Assembly: GCF_006345805.1 (NCBI RefSeq)
Contig: NC_043000.1
Span: forward strand, 101,866,001-101,930,000
Length of the DNA stretch: 64,000 bases
Source of the DNA: Octopus sinensis
Taxonomy: Eukaryota
Direction of reading: 5' to 3'
Part shown: piece after piece, positions 13,233-25,440 of the stretch
Layout of the letters: each line of letters starts with the position of its first letter
How positions within the stretch are numbered: position 1 is the first letter of the stretch
The notes under the pieces: model-generated
Database searches by the model: none
Seen by the model: only the letters and a program-made list of their open reading frames with translations
What the model was told of the DNA's origin: nothing
Program-made: the position numbers and the translations under genes

Positions 13233-13520
13233 AGCATGGCCTGGCATGGCCCAGCATAGCCCAGCATGGCCTGGCATAGCGTAGCATGGCCTAGCATGGC
13301 TTGACATGGTCCAGCATAGTCCAACATGTCTTGACATGGCTTGACATGGCCCAGCATCACCTGACATGGTCCAGCATCGCCTGGCATGACCCAGCATTAC
13401 CTGGCATGGCCCTGCATAGCCCAGCATGGCCTGACATTGCCCAGCATGGCCTGACATTGCCCAGCATGGCCTGGCATGGTCCAATATGGCCTGACATGGC
13501 CCAGCATAGCCCAGCATGGC
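13233..13520. repeat. 10-bp tandem repeat, about 29 units (GCATGGCCCA / GCATGGCCTG variants)
   Basis: Strict 10-bp register read directly. Confidence 0.9.
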
Positions 13521-13797
13521 TACAAATCCAAGGACTGAAACAAATACAAAATAAGACTTAGTTGGTAAGAAAACTTAGTTCATATATATATTATTGGTTT
13601 ATTTGTCAGTGAGTCTGCTCATTTTATGATGCCTTTTTTAAGATTGTTATCATCCTTCTCCCCATTGTCATCATCATCATCACCATCACCCTTGTTTCTT
13701 TTTTGGCAGTAAAAAATATCTTCATTGTCTTCTTTTTTTTTTGTCTTTTATGTATTTCAACACTTTTTCATCTTTCCCTCTTTTTTTTGTCTTGCAG

Positions 13798-13939
13798 GAG
13801 CAAACTTTTGAGGACTGGACGTAAAAGAGCTAAGTTTGATGGACTAAATAATGTTAAATACAAACTTATCTTTTCTCATGAGGATGCTTTATTCACACAT
13901 TTTATGGTTGATATAGGACCAGCTCCAAAGATGATATAA
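13798..13939 (+). CDS. Terminal coding exon of a beta-1,4-galactosyltransferase / beta-1,4-N-acetylgalactosaminyltransferase (GT7, B4GALT/bre-4-like)
   Basis: Long polypyrimidine tract plus TTGCAG acceptor ending at 13797. The exon reads (R)SKLLRTGRKRAKFDGLNNVKYKLIFSHEDALFTHFMVDIGPAPKMI*, matching the GT7 C-terminal pattern DGLNxxxY...L(Y/F)TxxxVDIG. No upstream exons recognised in the window. Confidence 0.85.
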
Positions 13940-14218
13940 TCTTCGAACTTGAAAAAAAAAAAGAGTTTTTGAAACTGACAAAATTTTGGGTTAATATTTG
14001 GTTTATTTCACACACACACAAATAAACACATACATATAAATATATATATATACACACACAAACACATATATGTGTTTATATATATATATATATATATATA
14101 TACATACATACACACATACATGTGTGTGTTTAATACATATACACGTTTTTATGTATATATACACATACACGTGTGTGTTTTATACATATACACGTGTTTT
14201 TATGTATATATATATATG

Positions 14219-14252
<34 letters not shown>

Positions 14253-14759
14253 TATATGCACACACATATACACTTGTGTTTTATACATATAATTTTTCTT
14301 GTGCTTTTTTTATTTTACTATTTTAATATTTCTAAAAAAAATATTATAAAAATAAAAAAAAAAACAAGAAACATAAAAATGGATTATCAGAACATATTTA
14401 CATGCACAGATAACTATTTTGTGTTGGGTTTGAACGTTTTACTATTATATCATAATATCAGTATTGTTGTTCTTGTTATAATCATTCATTAGAGTTATAC
14501 CTGTTATTATTATCATTCATTAGAATTGGTGGTGGATTTGGTCTAAATAGTTCTAAAGGTAAAGAAAAAAAGAAAAAAAAAGGGGAATAATGAAATGGGT
14601 TAGATGCTTCATCATGTATCATATATATTTCAGTACTATATTGTTTCAAGTTCAAATCTCCAATCAGGATAGATTTATTTTATTATTAATAATATTATTT
14701 TTTTCTGTGTGTGTGTGTGGTGTGTGTCTTGTTCTTCTATTATCAATTAAATAACTAAC

Positions 14760-14773
14760 AATAAATTAATAAA
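14760..14773 (+). promoter_or_regulatory. Candidate polyadenylation signals of the GT7 gene
   Basis: Two adjacent AATAAA about 820 nt after the stop codon and just before a SINE cluster; other AATAAA occur at about 14021 and 14351. Confidence 0.3.
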
Positions 14774-14869
14774 ATTGATTCCATTGACTTATATCCTGCT
14801 TTTATTGACATTGTGTCTAGTCAAAAGTTGTTAAGGTTCCTATGAGAAGAGAAAGAGATGGAGGGGCAG

Positions 14870-16560
14870 AAATGGTAGTGTGATGCTGCAAATAACATAA
14901 CAGTATTTCAGTTAATTTCATTCCTCTGTGTTCGTATTTCAAATCCTGCCAGGGTTCACTTTACCTTTCACCCCTCTGTTGGTGGGGAGGTGATAAAATA
15001 AGTACTAGTAATTTCCTGAGGAAGTGGGGTTTCAATTCAACTACACAACCATCTATGTATCTCTGTGTCTGTCACCCCTTCCCACCTCTCTCTTCCCTTT
15101 CTTTCATACACACACATAAATCTCTTGTTTTGTGCCAATGTGAGAAATTAGCAGAATCATTAGAGAACAGGCCTCAAGATTACAGGATTTCATTGCATCA
15201 TATTATATATCCCACTGAAACCAACTTCACTTTTCACCTTTATGGTGTTGATAAAAACGAACTCCTGTCAAGAACTGGGATTGACTTAATTGAATAATCT
15301 GTTCCCCTGAAAATCTTTGGCCTTATGCCAATATTATGACTTATCATCATTATCATTATAAAAGGTGGCAAACTAGTGTTAAAGCATGAGAAAAATATTT
15401 TGCTGTATTTGTTCTGGTTCTTTCTATTCTGAATTCAAATTCTGCAGAGGTTGATTTTTGGTATTCTCCCCTCCAGAGTTGATAAGATAAGATACCAGCC
15501 AAGTGCTGGGGTTAATGATGTTGACTAATCACCTTCAAAAATTGCTGGCCTTTTGCCAAAATTTGAAACCAGTATTATTATTATTATTAAGGGTAATGGG
15601 TTAACAGAATCATTTAAATATTGGACAAAATGCCATGTGTTGTTTATTTACGGTACTTGCATTCTTAGTTCAGATCTCATTTATGTCAATGTTGCCTTAC
15701 ATCTTTCTGGGGTTGATAAAATACAGGGATTGATTTAATTGACTAAACTTCCTAACCCAAATATCTGATCTTAATTCTTTATAAGAAACAATATAAATTA
15801 TAAGAGAAAGAGCAGTGGGTTCGCAGAATCATTCAAGCATTGGATGACTCTTTGCATTCTGAGTCTTCTTTATCCTACATTATTCCAAGGGTGATGAAAG
15901 AAAATATCGGTCAGGTACTAGAGTTAATTTAATCAACTAATCCCTTCCTCCACTCCACCAAACCCGACTCCAAATTTGTGCCCTTGTGGCTATGTTAGGT
16001 GCACTTTTTTATTAGGGGGGGGGTGAGCTCGACCTTGCCTTCAGGGTTGATAAAACAAGAACCAGTTAAGCACTGGGGTCAATATACCAGTAACAGTTAA
16101 GCATTGTGGAAAGAAAGAATCATTGGCGTTGGTGGGGTAGAGAAATGACAAACACAGTTGCATTGCTACTTTTGATACTTTCTAAATAACCAGTGGCTCC
16201 ATCTTCAGATCCATCAGTCAAATTTGCATTTTATCCACCTTGATCACCAATGACATAAAAGAGCCATAAAATGCCCTTTTCCTGTGAAATTGGCATCCTA
16301 TCTATCAAACACTAATTTTATTAGCTTCAGGTTTCTCTGGGTTGAGCTGATCTATGAATAAAGGCTTCTCAACTGTGATCATTTTGCCCGGTAGCATTTT
16401 GTTCATCTTTAGGTTCTGAGTTCAAATGCTTCCAAGATCCACATTGCCTTTCATCCTTTTGGGATCGATAAAATAAGTGCCAGTGGATTACTAGGGTCTA
16501 TGTAATCATCTAAACCTCTCACTTCAAAATTGCAGGCCTTGTGCCTATAGTAGAATTTAT
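14870..16560 (+). mobile_element. Cluster of about seven head-to-tail decayed copies of SINE family C
   Basis: Recurrent TTCTGAGTTCAAAT...GCCTTTCATCCTTT.GGGGTCGATAAAATAAGTACCAG...CTGGGGTC motif. Other copies at about 33540-33930 (-), 35826-36005 (+), 53460-53580 (+), 53610-53826 (-), 62448-62652 (+). Confidence 0.75.
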
Positions 16561-17879
16561 TATTATTATTATCATCATTGTTACATAATCTGTTTGATTA
16601 GTTCATTAGCTGGATTTCTTAAACAGATGTATCTATACTTTCAAAAAGAAATAAATACATTCAAATGTAAGATTATTAAAAAATGTGAATATGCAGTAAA
16701 AGACAAAAAAGTAAATATGTGCATCCAAAATTATAAATATACATATCTACAGATGCTCAAAGATACATACATGTTTACATTATGAAATTATAAATGCACA
16801 TACACACATAGAAATACATATACATACATGCACATACACCCATATATATGTGTGTGTGTGTGTGTGTATCCTTATAGCCCAATGTATAAAACATAAAACA
16901 ATAGTGGTTTTCAGCTAATTCTTAAATATAGTTAAAAAGAATGTTTTAGCTATTGAAGTTTTTACTTGCAGTTTATAGAGTGGGTTATACCTTCAGTTTC
17001 TTTTCCTGTTTCTATGTTTAGAGTGGTTTTCTTACAATATTGTTCTCTTTAATTTCTTCTGTGAAATTAGGTTTCATTTTTTTTCTTTTTTATAGCTTCA
17101 TCATGATAATGCGAAAGTTCTTCGAAAATCGTTTTGTTTGTTGATATTTTGCACATTTTGAATGAGATACTATGGACTAGGTTTTTCATAAATTTCTTTC
17201 AGAGTTTAGATTAGTTTATTAATGTACTCATTCAATTGGTTTTATGTTGAACAGAATACTGAATTGTCTAGGTTTAATGTGATAGCTATTATTTTTAGTT
17301 TTTGCATGTTTCAATTGTTATTTTAAAACCTAATTTTTCAATGAAATTAACGTGACTTCTTTTCTGAATTTGCCTACTTTCTGAGTGTGTTTAGCTCTAT
17401 CATTTCTATAATGTTCACCAGATAGAAGTGGATATTTTTGATGTAATAATTTTAAACTATATAAGCCTACAAGATTGCTTATTTCTGCAGAATCTTTCAC
17501 ATCTAGTTTGATATTTTAAAAAAACTCAGTATTATATATATTTTTTTAGCCATGTAATATTAAAAACAATATAGGTTTTCTTGCTTACAAACTATGAACA
17601 ATAAGTTGGGTAAATTAAGTGAAATTTGAAATCCCAGTTAACATTAACTTTGTGTATGTATGTACATAAGAGAAAGAGAGAGGGAGTGCATGAGTGAGGG
17701 TGACTGCAAATCCTCATGGAGATAATATGAATTTACTTTAATGTGTATTAATGCATGCAAGTGCATGGTCTTGAAATTAAAATGAAATACTATTGCAATC
17801 TAGTTTTATTCTGGAGGATATTTCATGTCCTCTTGATGCATTCTTTTATTGTTGTTATGATAAATATTAGTCAACATGT

Positions 17880-17919
<40 letters not shown>

Positions 17920-20401
17920 AGTAGAATACCTGTTTTTGGCGGAAAAAAAGCAAAATGCAAAAGAAGCAAACTGACTGTATTGCCACATGCTACTTAAAGA
18001 ATTTATAAGATGGATGGAGGTATAAACCCATTAAAAATACAAAGAAAAGAAGCAAAAATGGACGAGAGCAAAGAAGTGTATTTGAAACAGCAAATATATT
18101 TGTCTTTCTTTTTGCACTTCTGTTTCCTGATTCACATTCACTTTTCAATACTTGCTCAAATGGAAGGTCTTTTTTATGTTTTGTCGTGATTATTGTTGGA
18201 GCTATTGTTTTTACACCTGGATGCTCTATTTGGAAATTACCATTCAACTTTGAAGTAAATGTGGAATTTTGCTTTCTCCAGTTTGCCTGGCTGAAAAAAA
18301 GAAAAAAACAACAGACTTATGTTCCCTGCTTAGAGAATAAATATGATTATTTCATCAACCTATTCTATATATTTCCTCTGAGAAGTCTACAATTATTTGT
18401 AATTGATGTTTTATATACCTTGGGAGAATAACTATAATGAAGTGAATTTTCTAGTTTAATGATCATCAATTTTCTTATCCTCCATAGTTGCTGCATTGTT
18501 AATTATGTTGTTCCCCAAGAATGTTTAGTAATTCCTTAATTACTCCAGATGTTATTTACATTGGTAAGATGTATAATGTGTATTTGCTGTGTGGATAAGC
18601 TACTGACCTCAATGGACACAGGTCATTGGTTCTTTTCTTAGCCTACAGCAATTGGCTTGTAGACTTAACTATGGGGATTAATACTTCCATTCAGTCCTTG
18701 GGTCCTCTTTCCAAAGCTCCATACCATTGAATGCATTTAGGACAGGTCCCTACCTTCCTCCCATCAGACTCTGAAAAAGAATTGTGGATTTTGTCCTTCC
18801 TTCTCTGAAGAAGCAATTAAGGCAAATAACTTTAACAAAAGAAAAATGCATGTGTCTGTAAAAACTCTTAAGTGGAGACTTTAGTTACCTGTTTCTAGTC
18901 TTACTGCATTAAATGAATGAAAGTGAGTTCTTTCCTTGAGATATGATGCAATAATACTTGTTCCCATCCCCCAGGTAACTAAGAATAAAATAATATTACT
19001 CCTGGTTACATGCATATTCTCTTGATTGCCAACACACTCTTACATATTTTTTTGTCTCCTTATTCGTCAACATCATCCAACCTCTAGCCTACAGATGTGC
19101 TGTTTCCTTGATCAGTAACTCCCTCCAACCTCTGGTCGACAAACATGCTGTCTCTCTCTCTTTTCTTTTTATACTGATTCTACAGTAACCTCTGTTCTCA
19201 TGCCACATGCTGAAGCCCTCTTCACTCATGCAATACACCTTTTTATTTTTTACATATTCTATTAAGTTCAACAATAAACACTTCACCCAATCCACTCCAA
19301 CCAGCATGTCAACACTCTGGAAATTCCTCACCACCCAGCACGTTTTTGTCTCCTTTTTTTTCTTCCATCTGTTGGCTTTTAAATTGTTCAAAATAAATAT
19401 GAACTGCCTTGATCTCACCTGCCTCGAAGAGTCTGCAATCGTTATGGACACAGTCCCTTTTCCAAGACCAATCCAAAAATGGTGTACTGGCCTAATACAC
19501 AAAAATATGCTTAATGTAAATTTGATCTCAAAACCTGTGAACAGATAATCCAATAGCTTATCCACTGACATATTTCTCTTCTCATTCTAGTATTAGACAT
19601 TCTGTTTTTGGACAAGACTCTTGATTTTGTCTACCCTGCCAGAAAATCTTTGTACATATCCAAATAATATGCTTTACCATGCCATTCTTTGCATATGAAT
19701 ATTTTTTCAGTTTTCTTTCATATCATGCAGTTTTAAAATTCTACTTAATATAACTTACATATTTTAATGAAAAAACATTACTTCCCTGGCATAAATGTTA
19801 ATTATAACATAAACACAAACACACAAAAGTATATTCATGTATCTGAAGTTGAAGTATTAATTTTTTATTTGCCTATTCTTTAAAACAATTGTTGTGGGAT
19901 ATGAATTTTCAGGTAGCACAAAACTTATACTAGCATGATTTAGTGTCATTTATCAGCTGCTGGTCAAATATGGCAGCACAGCAAAAGAACCTCAAACTTT
20001 TAGCAGTCATTTATCAGAGTTATGTCTAGAAGCACCCTGTTCCAAACATAAATTGGAATTTATTTTATTGAAACTGGTAGATAGAACTAGTAGTTTTTCA
20101 TTTACATATCTACATTTCAACAGCTCCCCTTGACTTCTATTAAATTTGAATGATTACATACATATGATGTAATTTTCTGCATGGTGTAATGGATTTCTCT
20201 GAAATATATAAACGCATGCATATACACACAAGAAAACTATATACACATAAATATTGAAAGGTTTTGCTTATGCCTAGTAATACTGATCACCTAGTGTTAG
20301 AACTCAATTTACATATGCTTCAGAATAAAGCATTAGCTGAGTACAGAGCATAATATGAAATCAAATAAATATCAAGGGAATTATATTATCAACTTCATTG
20401 A

Positions 20402-20478
20402 CTTGCAGCTGCTTCTGCTATAAGGTGCAGTGCACTTAGAGATGAGTGCTTGTGTATCACCTTATAGCTTTCTCAGAG
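20402..20478 (-). ncRNA. Degenerate long-stem-II hammerhead motif
   Basis: CU-CUGAGAA-A-GCUAUAAGGUG...CACCUUAUAGC-A-GAAGC-AGCU-GCA-AG: perfect 11-bp stem II and palindromic AGCU loop; several core substitutions. Confidence 0.5.
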
Positions 20479-20544
20479 CTTCTGAAACTTGTGTATGTGT
20501 ATATATATATATATACACAAACACACACACACACACACACATAC

Positions 20545-20577
<33 letters not shown>

Positions 20578-20586
20578 CGTGTGTGT

Positions 20587-20815
20587 GTATATTTAGGGAA
20601 ACCACTAGGTGGATAACCATACACTAGAAGATCACATAGATCGTATGTGATCTTCTTCTAGCATATGGTTATCCACCTAGTGGTTTCCCTAAATATACTC
20701 ATGTATTGAAAGTTTTTATGATTTTTCAGATTTTTTATATGCTAGGCTACTGGTTTTAAATTGAAATTAATTAAATTAATATTTAATTTATCTCCCTCAT
20801 TATTTAAATATATAT
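20587..20815. repeat. Fold-back element (arms spanning 20587-20698) with one-sided tail
   Basis: GTATATTTAGGGAAACCACTAGGTGGATAACCATA...TATGGTTATCCACCTAGTGGTTTCCCTAAATATAC. Confidence 0.85.
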
Positions 20816-21800
20816 AAATATATAAATTTTTCTGTTTGTAAAACAATGGCCTCACTTTTCATGGAGATGCTGCTGTTTGACATGTTGCACGACTTTTGTA
20901 AACAAAAGGTTCATTCATACAGTGTCATTTGTTTCCACCTCTCAGCATAACCCTAATAAGGCTATTTGTTATAACCTGACTTGGGAACCAGTGCAGGTTT
21001 GCATCCAGGAGGTCATCATTGCACAGGAAACTTTGCCTCAATATACTCTCATCAGAATTCTGCAAGCATGGAAAAGTAAACTTTAAAACGATGATGAAGA
21101 TGATGATAATACAATAAATGGATGTCTATCCATTTTATTGATGAATAATCTAATTGGTCAGTCAAGTGCACTGTCTCTTCATCGAATTAAAGTGCAAGTA
21201 CCTGAGCATTCCACAGACAATAGTAACTTTAAAGTAATACTTAGGTGGATTTAGCATTACACAGTGTTGCAAGAAGTCTGGATTATCTGATTCTCCAGTC
21301 AAGCTCCTACAGGTTCTATCTATGCACTTTCCTTCACAAGACTTGGGTCAAGCTAATGTTCTGATACAACACGTAATCAAAATGTCAAGCAAGAAAATGA
21401 AAATAGAAAAAATATGAGGAATGGTAGAAATTATTATATAAACAAGCTTTCAAACTCATGGAAGAAGAGAACTAAGAAGTTACTAATGTCAAGAGGTCTG
21501 GCAGCATCTAAATAAAAGATATGTCATTAATATCAACAAAGAGAAGAAAAATAATCTTATGCTCTATATAAACTCACTAGTAAACTAAGTTCTAAGCAGT
21601 TATAGTGTAAATGTGTGACTAGGATGCACTATTGCAACAAAAAAAAATTGGCACATCATGAAATAAATGTAATATAATTATACCATTTTTGTAAGTTTTT
21701 ACATAGCTAAAATGGGTTTCCCATACTGTAGTAGTTACTACACACACACACACACACACACACAAACATTGATCTATTTTTATAAAGTTGTCAATATATT

Positions 21801-21832
<32 letters not shown>

Positions 21833-21904
21833 TGTGTTCATACACAATGTACATATATGTGTCAGTATACATATTGATACAAAAATATGAAAATGAAATT
21901 TTAT

Positions 21905-22200
21905 ATATATATATATATATATATATTAATACACACATATGTAAAAATAGAATATATGTATATATATATATATATATCAATACACACATATGTAAAAATA
22001 GAATATATGTATATATATATATATTAATACACACATATGTAAAAATAGAATATATGTATATATATATATATATTATATATATATATATATATACATACCA
22101 ATACACACATATGTAAAAATAGAATATATGTATGTATGTATATATATATTAATACACACATATGTAAAAAAAGAATATATATATTATATATATATATATA
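21905..22200. repeat. Tandem repeat of AATACACACATATGTAAAAATAGAATATATG plus variable (TA)n, 5 units
   Basis: Direct reading. Confidence 0.9.
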
Positions 22201-22575
22201 TGCACAGACAGACATACACTCATATATACATATACGCAGAAATACCAGCTGCATAATTATTGACACAAAGTTTCATTTTGTCAATTTTGATTACAAATTC
22301 AATTAAGTCTTCATTTAAATGTCAAACCAGGACAAAACAAACACAAAACCTAATATATTTTTGCATTGTTTTTCATCATTTTCATGAAAATTTTGTCATC
22401 TATCTTTTTTTTCCTTCTGTTCTACCTCTCTTCATATGCAATTAAAAAGTGATAAACAATAATATCCATTTTATTCAGTCTACATACATTTATATATACA
22501 CGTATATATATATTATATATATATATACACAGAGACATCTATCTATATGTACACACACACACGTCTATATAATAT

Positions 22576-22619
<44 letters not shown>

Positions 22620-22722
22620 CATATATATATACATACATATATATATATACATATATACATATATCATATACATATATATACATATATACATATATATAAA
22701 CATATATACGTATATATATATA

Positions 22723-22755
<33 letters not shown>

Positions 22756-22869
22756 CATATATATATATACATACATGTATATATATATACATTTATATAC
22801 ATACATATATATACATATATATACATACATATATATATATATATATAACATATATATATATATAACATA

Positions 22870-22904
<35 letters not shown>

Positions 22905-23064
22905 TCAACTACCAAATCCTGTAAGACTAGCTATACTTCTTTAATTTAGTTGCTCTTCCATCCACACTTCCTGCCTCTCCACCTTCAATTACCCTCTCTC
23001 TCTTTCTCTTTATCAGTCTTTATATAGTGTCAATGGAAATGATTTTTGCCACCACCGCCTCTAC

Positions 23065-23098
<34 letters not shown>

Positions 23099-23594
23099 GT
23101 TTGTTACAATGTTTGTTGTTCGTTTATCATTTTATATTGGAACATAACTAAGAAAAAAAGGATTTCAAATGTTTATTTAAGTACTAATAAAACAGATCAA
23201 AAACTATAAACTTGTTCTTGTTTTTCTTTTTCGATTTCCCTTTCCCCTCTCTCTCTCCCTCTCTCTCTCTCTCTCCCTCTCTCTCTCTCTCATACATTAC
23301 TTACTTTGTTTCATCCTTCTTTCCTATTTTTTAAAATTAATAATCACTTTGTTTTAAATGCCTTTTGACTTATTCGTCTTTGTCCATCTTGTTTAGCCCG
23401 AGGCGTGGTCAGCTTTATACCACTGAGTCAAGCTATGATATTAATGATGTTCTCCTTCTGGAAACATATCTTTTTATCATTTAATTGTTTCAGTCACTTG
23501 ACTGTGGCCGGTCATACTGGGGCACTGCCTTGAAGAGTTCTTGTCACACAAATCAACCCCATTACTTATTCATTTCAAGTCTGGTAATTATTCT

Positions 23595-23806
23595 TTCTTT
23601 ACTCTTTTACTTGTTGCAATAATTTAACTGTGGCCATGCTGGAGCACCACCTTTAGTCAAGCACATCGACCCCAGGACTTATTCTTTGGAAGCCTAGTAC
23701 TTATTCTATCAGTCTCTTTTGCCGAACCACTAAGTTACGGGGACGTAAACACACCAGCATTGGTTGTCAAGCGATGTTGGGGGGACAAACACAGACACAC
23801 AAACAT

Positions 23807-23871
<65 letters not shown>

Positions 23872-24040
23872 TACATACGATGGGCTTCTTTCAGTTTTCA
23901 TCTACCAAATCCACTTACAAGGCTTTGGTTGACCCGAGGCTATAGTAGAAGACACTTACACAAGGTGCCATGCAGTGGGACTGAACCCAGAATCATGTAG
24001 TTTGTAAGCAAGCTACTTACCATGCAGCCACTCCTACACC
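23595..24040 (-). mobile_element. SINE family A, full length, nested in an older related copy (about 23480-24125)
   Basis: Reverse complement of 6611-7014; the flanks on both sides continue an older copy. Confidence 0.88.
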
Positions 24041-24988
24041 TATCCTACTGGTTTTTTTGCTGAACCACTAGTTATGGGGATGCAAATAAACCAACACTGG
24101 TTGTCAAGTACAATGCAGAAGGACACATGTACACCCATGCTAGTGGTACTTAAAAAGTACTCATTACACTCTTGGAGTGGGTGGTGTTAGGAAGAGCATC
24201 CAGCCATAAAAATTATGCTAAATCAGAGTGGAATTTGGTGCAGCTCTCCGGCTTACCAGTTTCAGTCAAACTGTCTAACCCATACCAGCATGGAAATCAG
24301 ACGTTAAATGATGATGATGATGATGATATATATATGTATATGGACATCTGGCCCTAAAAAATTTGTCTCAACAAATCCTGCATGATACATGCAAGCATAG
24401 AAAAGTGTACATTAAAACTATAATGTTATATATAATGCACTTCCACAGTTTCCATCAACCAAATTCACTCAGAAGGCATTGGTCAGCCTAGGGTTATAGT
24501 AGAAGATATTCGCACAAATTGCTGTGCAGTAGGACTGAACCTGAAACCACATGGTTGCAGCCAACCATACTTTCACCTATTTAGCAAATTTTTTGTTCTT
24601 TTCTGTTTGCAGATAGTAGATCCTGGACTACATCACCAACTTTGACCGTAAAAGAAAAATTGATATAAAAAAAGGGAGACTAGATTGAAATTTGAGAGAG
24701 AGGTAGCTTTGGCTTCTATTTCTAGCAAGTTAAATGACAGCTATTGTTTTGTGACATTGTTGATCAACCCTTATAAATATATGGGTATATGTTTGTGTCT
24801 CCCACCATTGGCTGACAACTGGTGTTGGTATGTTTTTCATAACTTAGCAGTTCAGCAAAAGAGACTAATAGAATAAATACCAGGCTCTAAAAAAGTAAGT
24901 ACTGGGGCTGGTTCATTCAACTAAAATTTCTTCAAGATGGTACTCCAGCGTGGCCACAGTCTAATGACTGAAACATGTATATATACAT

Positions 24989-25360
24989 TTATATTTTGGG
25001 ATTGTCATTTTTTTCTTGCCATATAAATACACTCGCTGTATATTCATTCTTCACTCATTTATTATTGTTCTTATTTTATCTTGTGTCTATTAACTGGAAA
25101 TATTTCATCACACATCTTTGACCTCTTCAGTGACTCTGCCATCCCACGTGTATCCTTCTGTTCTGAAACAGGTCACATGTGTGATGAAGATTTTCAGACA
25201 ATGACATAAGATAAAATAAGAACAATAATAAACACATGAAGAACGAATATATAGTGTGTGTGTTTATTTGGCAAGAAAATAAATGGCAATCCCAAAATAT
25301 AACTAGGTTTCAACACACTATTTCACATCAAGAATCTTGCAAAACAAATTCATGAATGTA
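24989..25360. repeat. Fold-back element (arms about 24989-25130 and 25163-25302) with tail
   Basis: TTATATTTTGGGATTGTCATT...AATGGCAATCCCAAAATATAA. Confidence 0.85.
25094..25134 (-). ncRNA. Hammerhead-like core within a fold-back element
   Basis: CUGAAGA-G-GUCA...UGAU-GAAA-UAUUUC; a more degenerate counterpart lies on the opposite arm at about 25163-25197 (+). Confidence 0.4.
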
Positions 25361-25391
25361 TATATATATATATATATATACACTCACACAA

Positions 25392-25440
<49 letters not shown>

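Noticed and set aside
17990-18290. Minus-strand frame ending in a hydrophobic tail (QANWRK...LLLFFVFLMGLYL), resembling a GPI or tail anchor
   Set aside because: The matching frame of the candidate upstream exon (19419-19491) contains a stop, and the hydrophobicity may reflect T-rich UTR sequence. Not excluded if another exon is used.
19534-19635. Possible H/ACA snoRNA shape on the minus strand
   Set aside because: Hairpins are weak and the boxes are short enough to occur by chance.
20602-20684. CTCF-like CCACTAGGTGG on both arms of the hairpin
   Set aside because: Incomplete motif, and the second copy is simply a consequence of the palindrome.
20846-20975. Possible extra minus-strand exon (donor AAA|GTGAGG, peptide TKVVQHVKQQHLHEK)
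   Set aside because: No convincing acceptor; all frames from the nearby AG sites hit stops.
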